The translations under genes and the position numbers were made by a program. A DNA stretch of 64,000 bases, from assembly GCF_004010195.1 (NCBI RefSeq), contig NC_057718.1, positions 1,681,696-1,745,695 of the forward strand. Reading direction: 5' to 3'. Below the pieces are notes generated by a model that saw nothing but the letters and a program-made list of their open reading frames with translations, ran no database searches and was not told the origin of the DNA. Of this stretch, positions 14,235-26,907 are shown piece after piece (the first letter of the stretch is position 1; every line of letters starts with the position of its first letter). The stretch comes from Chiloscyllium plagiosum (Eukaryota).

Positions 14235-14553
14235 GGGTGGCACGGTGGCACAGTGGTTAGCACTGCTGCCTCACAGCGCCTGAGACCCGGGTTCAATTCC
14301 CGCCTCAGGCGACTGACTGTGTGGAGTTTGCACATTCTCCCCGTGTCTGCGTGGGTTTCCTCCGGGTGCTCCGGTTTCCTCCCACAGTCCAAAGATGTGC
14401 AGGTCAGGTGAATTGGCCATGCTAAAATTGCCTGTAGTGTTAGGTAAGGGGTAAATGTAGAGGTATGGGTGGGTTGCGCTTTGGCGGGTCGGTGTGGACT
14501 TGTTGGGCCGAAGGGCCTGTTTCCACACTGTAATGTAATCTAATCTAATCTAA
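14235..14553 (+). mobile_element. HE1-type tRNA-derived V-SINE, full length
   Basis: Box A TGGCACAGTGG, box B GGTTCAATTCC, V-domain tgtggagtttgcacattctcccc..ggtttcctcccacagtccaaag, (AATCT)n tail. Confidence 0.9.
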
Positions 14554-15384
14554 TCCCTCCTCTCTGTCTCCAGGTACCTAACCAATGTCCTAACCATGTC
14601 AGTAATTTGCCCTCAATTCCAATGGGCTTCCATCTTCATTAAGGCTCTTACAGAGACTTTATCAAATGTCATTGGGAATAAGTAACACCAGTAGATATTC
14701 CCTGTCTACTAACAGTCACTTCTTCAAGACATTCAGTGAGGTTTGTCAGGCAGGACCTACATGCCCTGAATCCCTGCTGCTTCTCCCTGATTAAGTGAAA
14801 ATGTTCAAAGTGTTCAGCTGACTGTAGACTCCGATTTCCCACCACAGATGCTAGGCTGCCTGGTTCTGTAGTTCCTAATTTTCCTCTTTCAGCCTTCTGT
14901 AAAAGTGGACTTGATTATTCTTTTATAAAGGTTGTGTGATCAATCCTACAGGCCAGTCACATTAACACCAGTATTGACAGTGATTTGATGAAGTAATTGG
15001 GGTGGAGGGATTTGAGGTAAGCGAAGGAGAGTCAGCATGGCAGGGCAAGCAAAACGGGCTGAATGGCCTACTGCTTTTCCAACATTTGACTAAACTCATT
15101 GGTGGTTCTGATGAAGTGAGAGAGAAATTGATAAAGGGAATTTGGTGGATATGGTTGACATGGATTTTATGAAAGAGTTAAACAAAGTGCCACATGATAG
15201 AATTCACAAATAGAACTTAGGCTGATAGATATTGTTAATCAACCTGGAATCATTACAATTCTCTGGAGCAAGTGGGACTTGAAGCCAGGCATCCTAGCTT
15301 AGAGGTGTGGACACTATCACTGTGTCACAAGAGCCCTGAACTTAGGCTTAAAGAATAGAAGGGTCAGTTTCCAACTGGAACTCT

Positions 15385-16680
15385 GAGGGATAGGATTGAT
15401 GACTATTTGGAAAAGCATAGAGTAATTAAAGGCAGTCAGCATGGCTTTGTGAGGGGAAGGTCATGCCTCACAAATCTTACTGAGTTCTTTGAGGAGGTGA
15501 CAAGACAGGTCGAGCAGTAGATGTGGTGTATATGGACTTCAGCAAGGCATTTGATAGGGTTCCCCATGGTAGGCTCATTCATAAAGTCAGGAAGTATGGG
15601 ATACAGGGAGATTTGGTTGTCTGGATTCAGAATTGGCTGGCTGACAGAAGGCAGAGAGTAGGTTGTAGATGGGAAGTATTCTGCCTGGAGATCAGTGTTG
15701 AGTGGGGTCCTGCAGGGCTCTGTTCTTGTGCCTCTGCTCTTTGTAGTTTTTATAAATGACTTGGATGAGGAGGTTGAGGGGTGGGTTAGTAAATTTGCTG
15801 ATGACACAAAGTTTGGAGGTGTCCTCGATAGTATAGAGGGCTACTGCAGGCTGCAGTGCGACGTATACAGGATGCAGAGCTGGGCTGAGAAATGGCAGAT
15901 GGAGTTCACCCTGGATAAATGCGAAGTGATGCATTTTGGAAGGTCGAACGCGAATTAAAGACAGGATTCTTGGCAATGTGGAGGACAGAGGGATCTGGGT
16001 GTGCAAGTACATAGATCACTCAAAATTGCCACCCAAGTGGATAGAGTTGTTAAGAAAGCATATGGTGTTTTGGCTTTCATTAACAGGGGGATCGAGTTTA
16101 AGAGCCGCGAGGTTTTGCTGCAGCTCTACAAGTCCCTGGTGAGACCACACTTGGAATATTGTGTCCCATTCTGGTCGCCCTACAAAGGAAAGATACAGAG
16201 GCTTTGGAGAGGGTGCAAAGAAGGTTTACCAGGATGCTGCCTGGACTGGAGGGCTTGCCTTATGAAGAAAAGTTGAATAAGCTCAGACTTTTCTCTCCGG
16301 AGAGAAGGAGGAAGAGAGGAGACCTGATCAAGGTATACAAGATAATGAGAGGAATAGATAGAGACTTTTCCCCAGGGCAGGATTGACTGGTACCAGGAGT
16401 CACAGTTTGAAGATATTAGGAGGAAGGTATAAAGGAGACGTCAGAGGTAGGTTCTTTACGCAGAGAGTTGTGAATGCATGGAATGCGTTGCCAGCTGAGG
16501 TGGTGGAAGCGAAGTCATTGGGGACATTTAAGCGACTGCTGGACATGCACATGGACAGCAGTGAATTGAGGGGTGCGTAAGCTAAATTATTTTATTTTAG
16601 ATTAGGATTAAACCTTGGCACAACATCATGGGCCAAAGGGCCTGTTCTGGGCTGTACGTTTCTGTGTTCTATGTTCTATG
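15385..16680 (+). mobile_element. CR1 LINE 3' fragment
   Basis: YMDFSKAFD, GVLQGSVL, KFADDTK, RPHLEYC motifs with frameshifts; (TTCTATG)n tail. Confidence 0.92.
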
Positions 16681-17364
16681 GACAAGAAAAAGGCATAAGG
16701 ACAGAAAAGAAGGAACTGTGGTCAGTGGTTGTTTTGGGGCCTGGAATAATTGTTGTTCCTCAGGGCTCAGTGCTGTCATTGCTGCTTTTTGGTTTAAATA
16801 AAAAAATGGACATTGGGCTGGAGTAAAAATTCAACATTTGTCAATTAAACCAAACCTGGAGACTGGCAGTGAGAACGTATGAATCGGCCACAACTGGACA
16901 CAGAGAGACAAACAGATTAGACAGACAGGCGGCTGGTGTTTGAAATTTATTTGTGGAGGAGTAGGAGCTGAGATATTTACACAGAAGGGAAGTATGAACC
17001 GGGGACTGAGGGACCCAGTGTTCATGGGCCTCTGCCAAAGTGAGAGTGTGGTTTGCAAAGTATCTGGTATCCTCACTCTCATAAACAGGGGCACTGAGTG
17101 CAAACAAAGAGAAGTTTGGTCGAACCTTTCGAAAGCTCTAGTGAGCTGGTAACTAGAGCATTGTATCCAGGAGAAAGTTAGAAAGAATGTAAGAGTCCTT
17201 GAGGTGGGGGACGGGCTATGGCAAGAGGAGATTTCCCAGAAAGGTTCCAGGCATTATGAGTTTCAGTTGCAACACCAGGTTGGAAAAGCTGAGGCTGTTT
17301 ACCTTGGAGCTAAAAATGTGTTTTCTCCTCATTGTGCCCTTCCTCACCGCAGGCAATATCAGCG

Positions 17365-18837
17365 ATGTCAGGCAGACAATCCCAACTCCCAGCTGAAAAG
17401 CAAATTTCTAACTGCTTTGGCCTGATGGTGCAGTCCCACGTTAATGTGGAGAATTTCCTGTTACCAACTATTGCATCCGTCACCGTTTTAAGTGACCTTG
17501 TGCGACAGGTCAGAAAAATAAACGATGTTGAACTGAAGCGAAGCAGTCCAGACAAGAAATCCCTGTTTCCAAAGCCAGAGTCATTCAAGAGCTGCCTGAT
17601 GAAGATTTGCAATGAAACCATAAACTCACTTGATGCGACCAGCAATAACCTGCGTAACATCCAGAGGACGTGTAACCAACTGAAGGGGAGTCTTCAAGCA
17701 GAACCCTCCACCAAGCAGCAGGCCAGAGTTCAGGCCTGTGTAAATCAGTGCAAGGAAAACGCAGCTTCAGTGGAACAGAAACTCTCCGAGCTGAGTAATC
17801 TTTACAATGAGCTGTGGGAAATGTGTGAAGCTTCCCAGATTGCCAGCCAGGATCAAATGGAAAAAATAAGGGAACTCCTGGAAAAAGCCAGAGAAGGGAA
17901 GGACGCAATCGAGAAAGAGAAAGTTGATTTGGATAATAAATGGAGTGAGGTTTCCCAAAGGCATGAGGAACTCCTTAATCAATACAATGATGTGAGCTCC
18001 AGTGCTCACGTTGATGAGTTTTGTGAGCAAGGACTGAAGAAGATGATGGAGATGATTCCAGAAATTATGGATTTGTTGAGCAATCTGAGCAGCCCATTGC
18101 AGCTTGCAGTGATGCTGGGGAAAGGGTTAATGTTCCTCAAAACGCTGATTGCTGATCTCAAAAATAAAGATCCCTCAAAATCCAACTTGGAAATTACGAA
18201 GTTCCTCAGCGAGGTTCGAGAACAAGCAGAACTGAAGATCAAGCAAGTCCAAGCTGAGCTGGAGAACTCACAAAACAAGTACAAAGCCTGTTATGAAGAG
18301 ATGAAACGTTTGGATAAAGAGAGTGAGCAACTATCGACAGAGATACAGGACACTCAGACCCAGGAGGAGTCTGTCAAGACCAATCTCCAGCTGATAGTTG
18401 AAGGACTGAAGGTACTCAGGAAGATCCAATCCAACTGGGCAGACATGATCACATTCATTCAATTTGTCCCCAAGTTAACTGAAAGTTTCCTGAGAACATT
18501 TACAAAGTTTGGTGCTGGGGGTGAAGCAGTCTCACAGCGTGCTCCAGAGATTTTAGCCAGCACTCAGATCCAGGTGTCCCAGGCAGTCAGTATCTCGGAC
18601 AGCGTGAAGGCCCTGTCTGAAACCTACGTGCAGATTTATCAGGATCACCTTCAACAACCACTGGGTGAGCTGAGCTCATTGCTGGGTGGACAGGGCACAG
18701 ACGACACGTTTAAGGAGATTCAGAGAAAATGTGAAGCAGCTAAACAGGCAGCACGTGAAAAAGTCACTCAGAATCAAGAGGTGTTTACCAAGAATGGAGC
18801 AGAAGCTATTAAAAAACTCCCTGATTTGCTGAAATAA
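17365..18837 (+). CDS. Uncharacterised 490 aa alpha-helical/coiled-coil protein, single coding exon; short paralogue of 57973-60135
   Basis: Uninterrupted 1.47 kb non-repetitive ORF; polypyrimidine-CAG acceptor ending 17352, ATG after 12 nt; collinear motif matches to the 720 aa ORF. Confidence 0.88.
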   Translation: MSGRQSQLPAEKQISNCFGLMVQSHVNVENFLLPTIASVTVLSDLVRQVRKINDVELKRSSPDKKSLFPKPESFKSCLMKICNETINSLDATSNNLRNIQRTCNQLKGSLQAEPSTKQQARVQACVNQCKENAASVEQKLSELSNLYNELWEMCEASQIASQDQMEKIRELLEKAREGKDAIEKEKVDLDNKWSEVSQRHEELLNQYNDVSSSAHVDEFCEQGLKKMMEMIPEIMDLLSNLSSPLQLAVMLGKGLMFLKTLIADLKNKDPSKSNLEITKFLSEVREQAELKIKQVQAELENSQNKYKACYEEMKRLDKESEQLSTEIQDTQTQEESVKTNLQLIVEGLKVLRKIQSNWADMITFIQFVPKLTESFLRTFTKFGAGGEAVSQRAPEILASTQIQVSQAVSISDSVKALSETYVQIYQDHLQQPLGELSSLLGGQGTDDTFKEIQRKCEAAKQAAREKVTQNQEVFTKNGAEAIKKLPDLLK

Positions 18838-20359
18838 GAAAGTTAATCCACAAAATAGGAACAGGAGTTGACCATTTGCCAACCCTCAACCCCCAGATCC
18901 TGTTCCACCAATCAATGTGCTGACTGCTGATCTCCCACCTCCATCCATTGTCCTGTCTGCTTCAATATCATGACCTAAAGTCACACTGAGGAGAGACCTT
19001 GTATGTGGTTGAGACACCTTCTGCAAAGATGACATTGCATTTCCTGTAAGAGCATACCCAGACCCCTTTGAACATAAACATTTACAAAATTCACAGATTT
19101 TGAACAAATTCTTTACTATTTTCAAAGCTCCTTCATCTGTCACATATTTGCCCATTCATTAACCTGTCTACATCTCCTTGCAGCCTCTCTGCCTTCACAA
19201 TTTACAATCCTGCCTGGTTAAATAATTATCAATTTCACATTCTGATATTTGTTTTTACAAAAGAACTTAATTTATATAATGCCTTTCAAAACTACATTCC
19301 TCCCAAAGTGCATTACAACCAGTTAAGTTGCACATACTAAAGGCATTCATACCAGCGTAATTTCAAACAATGGGAGATGGTCTCCTTGAAATGTTTCTGA
19401 TCCTGAGCAGGTCTTGACAGGACAGGTTCTGAAAGAATGTTTCATCTCCTGGAGAAGTCTAGAAACTGGGGAGCTGATTAAAACAGGGCTCTGGTTTGGG
19501 ACAGAGCTGAGGAGGAATTTCTTCTTTGAGGAGTTTTGGAATTCTTTATTCCAAAGAGCAGTGCAATCTGGCTGACTGAACTGATTTATGACTGAGCTAA
19601 AACAGATTTTTGATGATGAACAAAGTAAACGTCATAGGGGAGAGACAGGAGACAGCAGACAAATCCAAAATCTGATCAGACCTGATCTTAGGAAGTCATG
19701 AAGCAACTCAAAGGGCCAAGTGATCCACTCTGGCTCCAATTTCTTGAGATGTTGTGAATTCAGAAGTAAGTTAAAATGCTGATCCTTGCTGTACACTACA
19801 GGTCATAGACCTCCAGTCAGAAAAACACCCCTCCACAACTGCTCTCTGTCTTCTGTGATCAAGCCAGTGTTGTGTATAACTTACCAACTCTCTCTGGATC
19901 CCCTGTGACTCAATCGCCTGGACTAGCCTACTATGGGGGGTCTTGGGTTTGTAGGTTTAGGGATACCTGGATAGTTAATTTTAAATAGTTCAATAAAAGG
20001 GATGAGGAACATCTTTTTTAATGTGATATATCTTGGAAATCACGTGGTTTCAGGTAATTGTTGGTACTGGTCAGAAAAGATGCCGGACTGTATTTGAGGC
20101 TGGGTTTTATGCCTGTTCTATCTGAACAATGTTTTACTATCTTTGAATTTCAGTCGGGAAAAGTTCTGGAATAAGGGAGCTGCTGTCTGTTTCTGTAGCA
20201 GCTTTGTGCTGAATCCCATGAGTCACCTGATTGCCTTTGAAAAGTCATCGGAAAAAAATCCTTGATTCTGTTTCCTGAGCAGGTAGAGGTCCCAGAGGCA
20301 TCTGCCCAGATTGGACTATATGTGCCAGGTCAATACCATCCTGCACTGCCCACAAGGCT

Positions 20360-21340
20360 GAGTACTCAGCCCCTTACTGTCCTCCTATACACTCACCACT
20401 GTGTAGCTAAATTCTGCTCAAACTCCAATTACAAATTTGCTGATGACACCACTGTAATGGGTCAGATCTCCAACAACAGCAAGACAGAATACAGGAAGGA
20501 GATAGAAGTGACGTGGTGTAAAGGGAACAATCTCTCCCTCAACACCAACAAAATGAAGGAGCTGGAAGTGGAGGGGAGGACACACCCCTGTCTGTCGATA
20601 TGGGGCTGAGGTGGAGGTGGTTCCTAAATATCACCAACAATCTGTCCTGGTCCATCCACATCAATGCAACAGTCAAGAAAGTATATCAATGTCTCGACTT
20701 CCTCAGGAGGTGAAGGAAATGCAGCATGCCCACAAGAATTCTTACCAATTTTTACAGATGCACCACAGACAGCATCCTATCCAGATGCATCACAGCTTGT
20801 TACAGCAGCTGCTCTGCCCAAGACCACACAAGAAACTACAGAGAGTTGTGAACACAGCCCAGTCCATCAGGCAGACCAGGCTTCCATCCATTGTCTCTGT
20901 CTATACCTCCCCCTGCCTCGGGAAAGCAGCCAGCAACATCAGAGACCCCTCACAGTTCAGAGTGTGGTGCTGGAAAAGCACAGCAGGTGAGGCAGCATCC
21001 GAAGAGCAGGAGAATCGACGTTTCGGGCATAAGCCTTTCATTAGGAACGGGACCCCTCACAGCCTGCTTATACTCTCTTCCAGCATCTTCTATTGGGCAG
21101 AAGATACAAAAGTTTGAAAACGGACCAACAAGAACAGCTTCTTCCCCGCTGTTATCAGACTTGAATGGCCTCTCATACCTTAGAGTTGATCTTTCTCTGT
21201 CGCTGACACACAATATTTTGCATTCTGTTCTATTTTACCCTGATGTAATGATGTAAGGTATGTTTTGTTTGGATAGTGTGCAGTACAATACTTTTCACTG
21301 TATCTTGGTACATGTGACAATAATCAAATCAAATCAAATC
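20360..21340 (+). mobile_element. Rex1/Babar-type LINE 3' fragment
   Basis: LLYTHHCVAK..YKFADDTTVMGQISNN..YRKEIE..LSLNTNKMKEL; (AATCA)n tail at 21321-21340. Confidence 0.75.
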
Positions 21341-21739
21341 ATAAAACCCTGAACATTCCAAAACCTTTTGTTCACCTTTGAGAACTAAAATTTATTGGCC
21401 AGTGTGTATCATCTCAAAATGATTCTTTGCAGTGGGAAATTTATTTTTGTCTCTTTTCACACTGTGAAAAGACATGTGTTTGTGTCTGTGCTCCTGAGTT
21501 TATTTCGAGAATAAAACATTTGTATTTTCATCTAACAAACTGTATGTTAACCAATGCTGCATATTCATTGAATAAACTTTGAATGAACCAACCTTTATGT
21601 GTTTTTAAAGAAACCTGTCTGATAGATCTTTCAAATTCTAAGATGAATTAGAATTTGAAAATTCTAATGCCACAGGCTGATAATATGCTAAATGGCAGTC
21701 TTGTCTGTTGACATAAACTGTGACGACCAGTAACTGGAG

Positions 21740-23150
21740 CATACAGCTGGCAATCCTCATCTAACTGCGATTGCAAGTGTGCTTGGCTCATGTCCAGCTT
21801 TGTGAAGTACAGCTCCTGCTAGTTTTGTTTATAAATCCCCCATACGAGGGAATTGGGTATTTATCCAGCTGCAAGAAGCAGTTTACTGTTTGTATAAAAT
21901 CCCCACAAAGGTGCACTGACCCATCAGGTTTCACAATCAGTCTGATCGGTGCTGCCCATTCCACAATCTGGGCTGGTTTGATGTTCCCTTTGTTGCCCAG
22001 CCTCTGATTTCTGCCTCTACTTTTGCCCGTGAGGAAATGGCACTGGGCAGGCCTTGCAGGATCATGGGATTGCTTCCTGGTCAATACACAAGGTGCCTTG
22101 GCTTCATTGACAGTCCCTTGACCTTCCTGAAAAATGTCCAGGTATTTAATTAGAATTCAGGGAGAAAGTGAGGACTGCAGATGCTGGAGATCAGAGCTGA
22201 AAATGTGTTGCTGGAAAAGTGCAGCAGGTCAGGCAGCATCCAAGGAGCAGGAGAATCGACGTTTCGGGCATGAGCCCTTCTTCAGTGTTCTGTGATCACT
22301 GATACAGCCACACCAGTATCAAGCTCCATTAGAACCCGGTCACCATTTAACCAGATGTTTATTTTGGTTGGCTCTGATATGGATGTTGCTGAGTAATGTA
22401 ACTGCTCCAAACCAGCTGTAGGTGGGCTTTCCAGTCTCCTGGATACCAGCCTATGAGTTCCCTGACTCAGCCCAGGTCTGGTCAGACTCCTTTACTGTCT
22501 CGAGTCCACATAGCGCTGCACCTACAATGCCGTGAGGGGCTGGATCCTGAAGAAAACATTAACCATTTGGCTGAGACTTGGCTTTGTTTTGGTGTTTTGC
22601 TATTGGCTGACATGGAGTCCCTCTGTTCAGGATATGTCCAGAGTGAGGCTGGGCAATTGCCTTTGTTCAAGTGATGTCCCCCCAAGATCAGTCAGCCTGA
22701 GGAGGGTGTCCCCTTCCATCAGTGTACCCTGTAATTCATATGCTCCACTTGCTGCCTTTTCCAATGACAAAGCCAGTTGTAGTGTCTGTCTGAATTCCAG
22801 CTGGGCTTCAGCAATAGGCACTTTTGTAAGGTTATAGTATTCATCCCACATAGTGAACGGTCTCTCAGCATCTTACTAAGGGTCAAACCAAAGTCACATG
22901 CCTCTGACATCTTAACCCCATCAAACATCCTGACACAGATTGCCCTGGTTCTCGAACTGCTGAGTAAAATCAATAGTGTCTCAGAATTAGAGGAGGCTTG
23001 GGTTCTAATATGCTTTAATTAAATTCATCAACTCTCAAAGAGTTTTAGTACCTGGTGCCTCAGGAAATTTTAGTCTCCTAATAACCGAAAAAGCTGCAGG
23101 TCCACAAGCTGTCAGGAGAATTACTCATTGTTTTCTATCTGCCCCCATCT
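21740..23150 (-). mobile_element. Degraded Ty3/Gypsy internal relic (gag, protease, RT N-terminus)
   Basis: Protease motif VLMELDTGVAVSVI (~22293-22335); RT start EWAAPI..KPDGSVHLCGDF..TVN..LDKYPIP; many frameshifts. Confidence 0.8.
22161..22285 (-). mobile_element. Single-arm Penelope-derived element inserted in Gypsy relic (similar arms at ~8255-8345, 20958-21045, 45035-45105, 46310-46400)
   Basis: Matches the terminus of 13880-14008 in reverse; contains reverse-complement CUGAAGA..GAAACGUC. Confidence 0.8.
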
Positions 23151-23411
23151 CAGAAAAAGATCCATTTATTCCTACTCTGTTTCCTGCCTGCTGACCAATT
23201 TTCTATTCATCTCAATACATTGCCCATGCCCGTGCACTTTAATTTTACACATTCATCTCTTTGACTTGGTCAAAAGCCTTCTGAAAGTCCAAATAAACCA
23301 CATCCATTGTCCCCTCCAATCATATAGTCATCCACCCCAGTCACTCACTCCCAACTCTTCCTGCCCCAACATACCTCGCTCACTCTCCCCATCCCTGTCA
23401 CCCCTCCTCCC

Positions 23412-24014
23412 NNNNNNNNNNNNNNNNNNNNNNNNNNNNNNNNNNNNNNNNNNNNNNNNNNNNNNNNNNNNNNNNNNNNNNNNNNNNNNNNNNNNNNNNN
23501 NNNNNNNNNNNNNNNNNNNNNNNNNNNNNNNNNNNNNNNNNNNNNNNNNNNNNNNNNNNNNNNNNNNNNNNNNNNNNNNNNNNNNNNNNNNNNNNNNNNN
23601 NNNNNNNNNNNNNNNNNNNNNNNNNNNNNNNNNNNNNNNNNNNNNNNNNNNNNNNNNNNNNNNNNNNNNNNNNNNNNNNNNNNNNNNNNNNNNNNNNNNN
23701 NNNNNNNNNNNNNNNNNNNNNNNNNNNNNNNNNNNNNNNNNNNNNNNNNNNNNNNNNNNNNNNNNNNNNNNNNNNNNNNNNNNNNNNNNNNNNNNNNNNN
23801 NNNNNNNNNNNNNNNNNNNNNNNNNNNNNNNNNNNNNNNNNNNNNNNNNNNNNNNNNNNNNNNNNNNNNNNNNNNNNNNNNNNNNNNNNNNNNNNNNNNN
23901 NNNNNNNNNNNNNNNNNNNNNNNNNNNNNNNNNNNNNNNNNNNNNNNNNNNNNNNNNNNNNNNNNNNNNNNNNNNNNNNNNNNNNNNNNNNNNNNNNNNN
24001 NNNNNNNNNNNNNN
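23412..24014. other. Assembly gap, 603 N, with similar C-rich low-complexity flanks on both sides
   Basis: N run. Confidence 1.
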
Positions 24015-25220
24015 CCCCATTCCTGTCACCCATCCCTCACTTCCCAACATCCCATCCCAATCACTCCTGTCACTTCCTTCTCACTAAGTCCACCTCCATG
24101 CCTCTGTCCAATCAAACTCTCACTCTCCACATTCAGTCCCTAATCACTCTCTGTTGTTCAATCATTCGCCGTCCCAATCCCCATCCCACTCAAAATATCA
24201 ATAACCATCCACATACCCAAACGTCCAATCACTGCCTCATCACTCTCACCCCTCATTCTCCTCTTCCCCTCCTCCCCCTCACTCCTGTCCCAATCACTAA
24301 CACCCATCCACTCTCCATTACCCATTTACCTCCCCTCACCAAATCTCCTCCATTCCCTTCACTCCACCCCCTTCCCATTCGCTTCCCCTGATCGCATGCA
24401 GATTCCTCTGTTCCATTCTCTCACTAATCTCTGCCAGTCACAGCCTCCTGTCACTATCCCATCTTGGTACTTGGATAGAGGCAATGTGAGCTGTGGCATT
24501 GCCCAATTGCTGAAGGAGATTGAGAGTGATGACTGAGCGTGAGGGAATCAATCTGCACAAATGTCATGAAAAGGTGAAGAAACTGATAGAAGAATGAGTG
24601 TAATGTGAGAGTCTTCAAGAGAAGAAGAGAAGGGAATTGCAGGTTCGGAAACAAGAGGGAGTTGAGGTGTTTGATGCACAGGAAAAGGTGAGGGATGCTC
24701 TGTATTACCTCAGTAACCTCCAGGATTCTCTGGAGTTGTTATAAGAAATGAGCACTGAGGAGACCTTCGATGGGATAGAAGGAATCAAAGACAATCTTCA
24801 CCACCATCCAAAAGAGAGTTTTGATATTTTACCCTGTGGTGAAATATTGTTTCCTCTCATCCTGTCTCAATCTCCAGCCCCCTTCCTTAAATCTCCGCCG
24901 TGTTCAGTGATCCCTCCATCAAGGGGAACAGCTCCTTTCTATCATATCTACAGCTCTCACAATCGTATACATCCTAATCATGTCCCATCTCAATCTTCTA
25001 TGCTTGAAGGAAAACAACCCCAGTCTCTCCAATCTCCCTCCATCACTGAAACTCTCCAGCCCAAGCAACATCTTGGTAAATCTCGCTCTGCACCATTTCC
25101 AGTGCTTTATCACATCTCTTCCATCATGCGGATACCAGAACTGCACACAACTCTAAACCTGTGACCTAACCAACATCTTATACAATTCCAGCATAACTTC
25201 CCTGCTTTTAAACTCAATGT

Positions 25221-25468
25221 CTAATTTAATCAAGACAAGTACAGGGTGAACCCCATATCCGTGGAATAGTTTTCTGTGGTTTCAGTTAACCACGGTTTAC
25301 TGCAGGCTGAACATATTGTACGGAACCTTCCGGAACCAGGGATCAGGGGGCTGCCAGGAAGGTATGTTTCCCATTGAAATGAATGGGTTTGTACCTATCT
25401 GCAGTTTCAGGCTTTCGTGGTAGGTCCTGGAACGTATCCCCTGCAGGTACGGGGGGGGACTGCAGTAT
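25221..25468. mobile_element. Tigger/MER2-like non-autonomous DNA transposon
   Basis: TA-flanked; imperfect terminal inverted repeats; minus-strand end CAGTCCCCCCCCGTACCTGCAGGGGATACGTTCCAGGACC. Confidence 0.5.
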
Positions 25469-26159
25469 CCTGTATGTCTGCTTAACCACTTTGTCAAGCT
25501 GCCCCTTTACTGTAAGGGGCCAGTGGACATAAACACCAGAGGGACAGTGTAAACCTGAAAGAGTTAACGAGAATGAAAAACGCAATACAGATCCTGCAGA
25601 AAGATACCAAAATTAGCAAAGGGCCACTGAACAGTTTTAAGAGTGATTAAAATATATTATTAAACAAAAGTTGCCAGGGACCTCAAAATCAATGAGAAAT
25701 GTTCTAGTTGCATAAAGGTAAAGCAGGTGGCCAGGAGCAGTGCTGGCCCACATGAGACTGAGACTCGGATATTGTCAGTGACTATGGAGAAATGGCAGAA
25801 GTGTTGAATAATTACTTTACCGCAATGTTTACAGTAAAAAAAGGATGATAGCTTGCTGGAGGGATTCCTTAAACATTTTCAGTTAATCAGGGAGAGCCAG
25901 CAGGGATTCATTACAGGTAAGTCATGCCTAAGAAATCTCATTGAATCTTTTGAAGAGGTGACTGAGGTAGTGGTCAGGAGAATATCTCTGGATGTTGTTT
26001 GTATGGATTTCCAGAAGGCATTTGATAAAGTTCCATATAAGAGAGTGTTAACCAAGGTAGAAGCCTTGGGGCATTGAGGGCAAATTACTGACATTGCTGG
26101 GTAATTGTTGAGTGGCAGGTGACAGAAAGTAGGGATAATGGGTAGGTTCTAAACCTGGT

Positions 26160-26510
26160 AGGGCAGTGGGATGATACAGTGGCACAGTGGTTTACACAGC
26201 TGTCTCACAGTGCCAGGAACCCAGGTTCAATTCCAGTCTTGCGCAACTGCCTGTGTAGAGTTGGTATATTCTCCCTGTGACTGTGTGGGTTTTTGCTGGG
26301 TTCTCTGGTCTCCTCCCCAGTCCAAAGATGTGCAGGTTAGGGTGGATTGGCCATGCTAAGTTGTCCCGTAGTGTCCAGGGATGTGCAGGTTAGTTGATTA
26401 GCCATGGTAATACGGAGTTACAGAAATAGAAACAGGGGCTACAGGGTGGGAAGCTCTTGGGTCAGTGCAAACACAATGAGCTGAATGGCCTCTTTCCACA
26501 CAAAGGGATT
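26160..26510 (+). mobile_element. Degenerate HE1-type V-SINE inside CR1
   Basis: Box A/B and V-domain similarity to 14235-14553. Confidence 0.8.
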
Positions 26511-26699
26511 CAATGCTACCAATGGTGTCCCACAAGACTCTGCGTTGGGGGCTCAATTATTCATATTATTTATTAGGGATTTGGAATAATGGAATAGAAA
26601 GTCAAATATCCAGATTTGCTGATGAAACAAAATAAGGTGATATTGTAGAGGGTGATAGCATTAAATTCCAAAGGGATACTGATAGACTAATGGAATGGG

Positions 26700-26907
26700 A
26701 GAAAGTGAGGACTGCAGAGGCTGGAGACCAGAGTTGACAAATGTGGTGCTGGAAAAACACAGCAGGCCAGGCAGCATCTGCGGAGCAGGAAAATCGACGT
26801 TTCGGGCATAAGCCCTTCCTGAAGAAGGGCTTATGCCTGAAACGTCGATTCTCCTGCTCCTTGGATGCTGCCTGGCCTGCTGTGTTTTTCCAGCACCACA
26901 TTTTTCA
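26700..26907. mobile_element. Palindromic Penelope-derived element with hammerhead core (26819-26846)
   Basis: Inverted arms; 16 bp TSD AGACTAATGGAATGGG at 26684-26699 and 26908-26923. Confidence 0.85.

Noticed and set aside
14235-14310. tRNA gene
   Set aside because: Box A/B belong to a SINE head that continues into the V-domain and tail
17365-18837. Genuine same-strand nested gene inside an adenylyl cyclase intron
   Set aside because: Depends on the orientation of a block bounded by placeholder-like gaps; flipping the block removes the nesting
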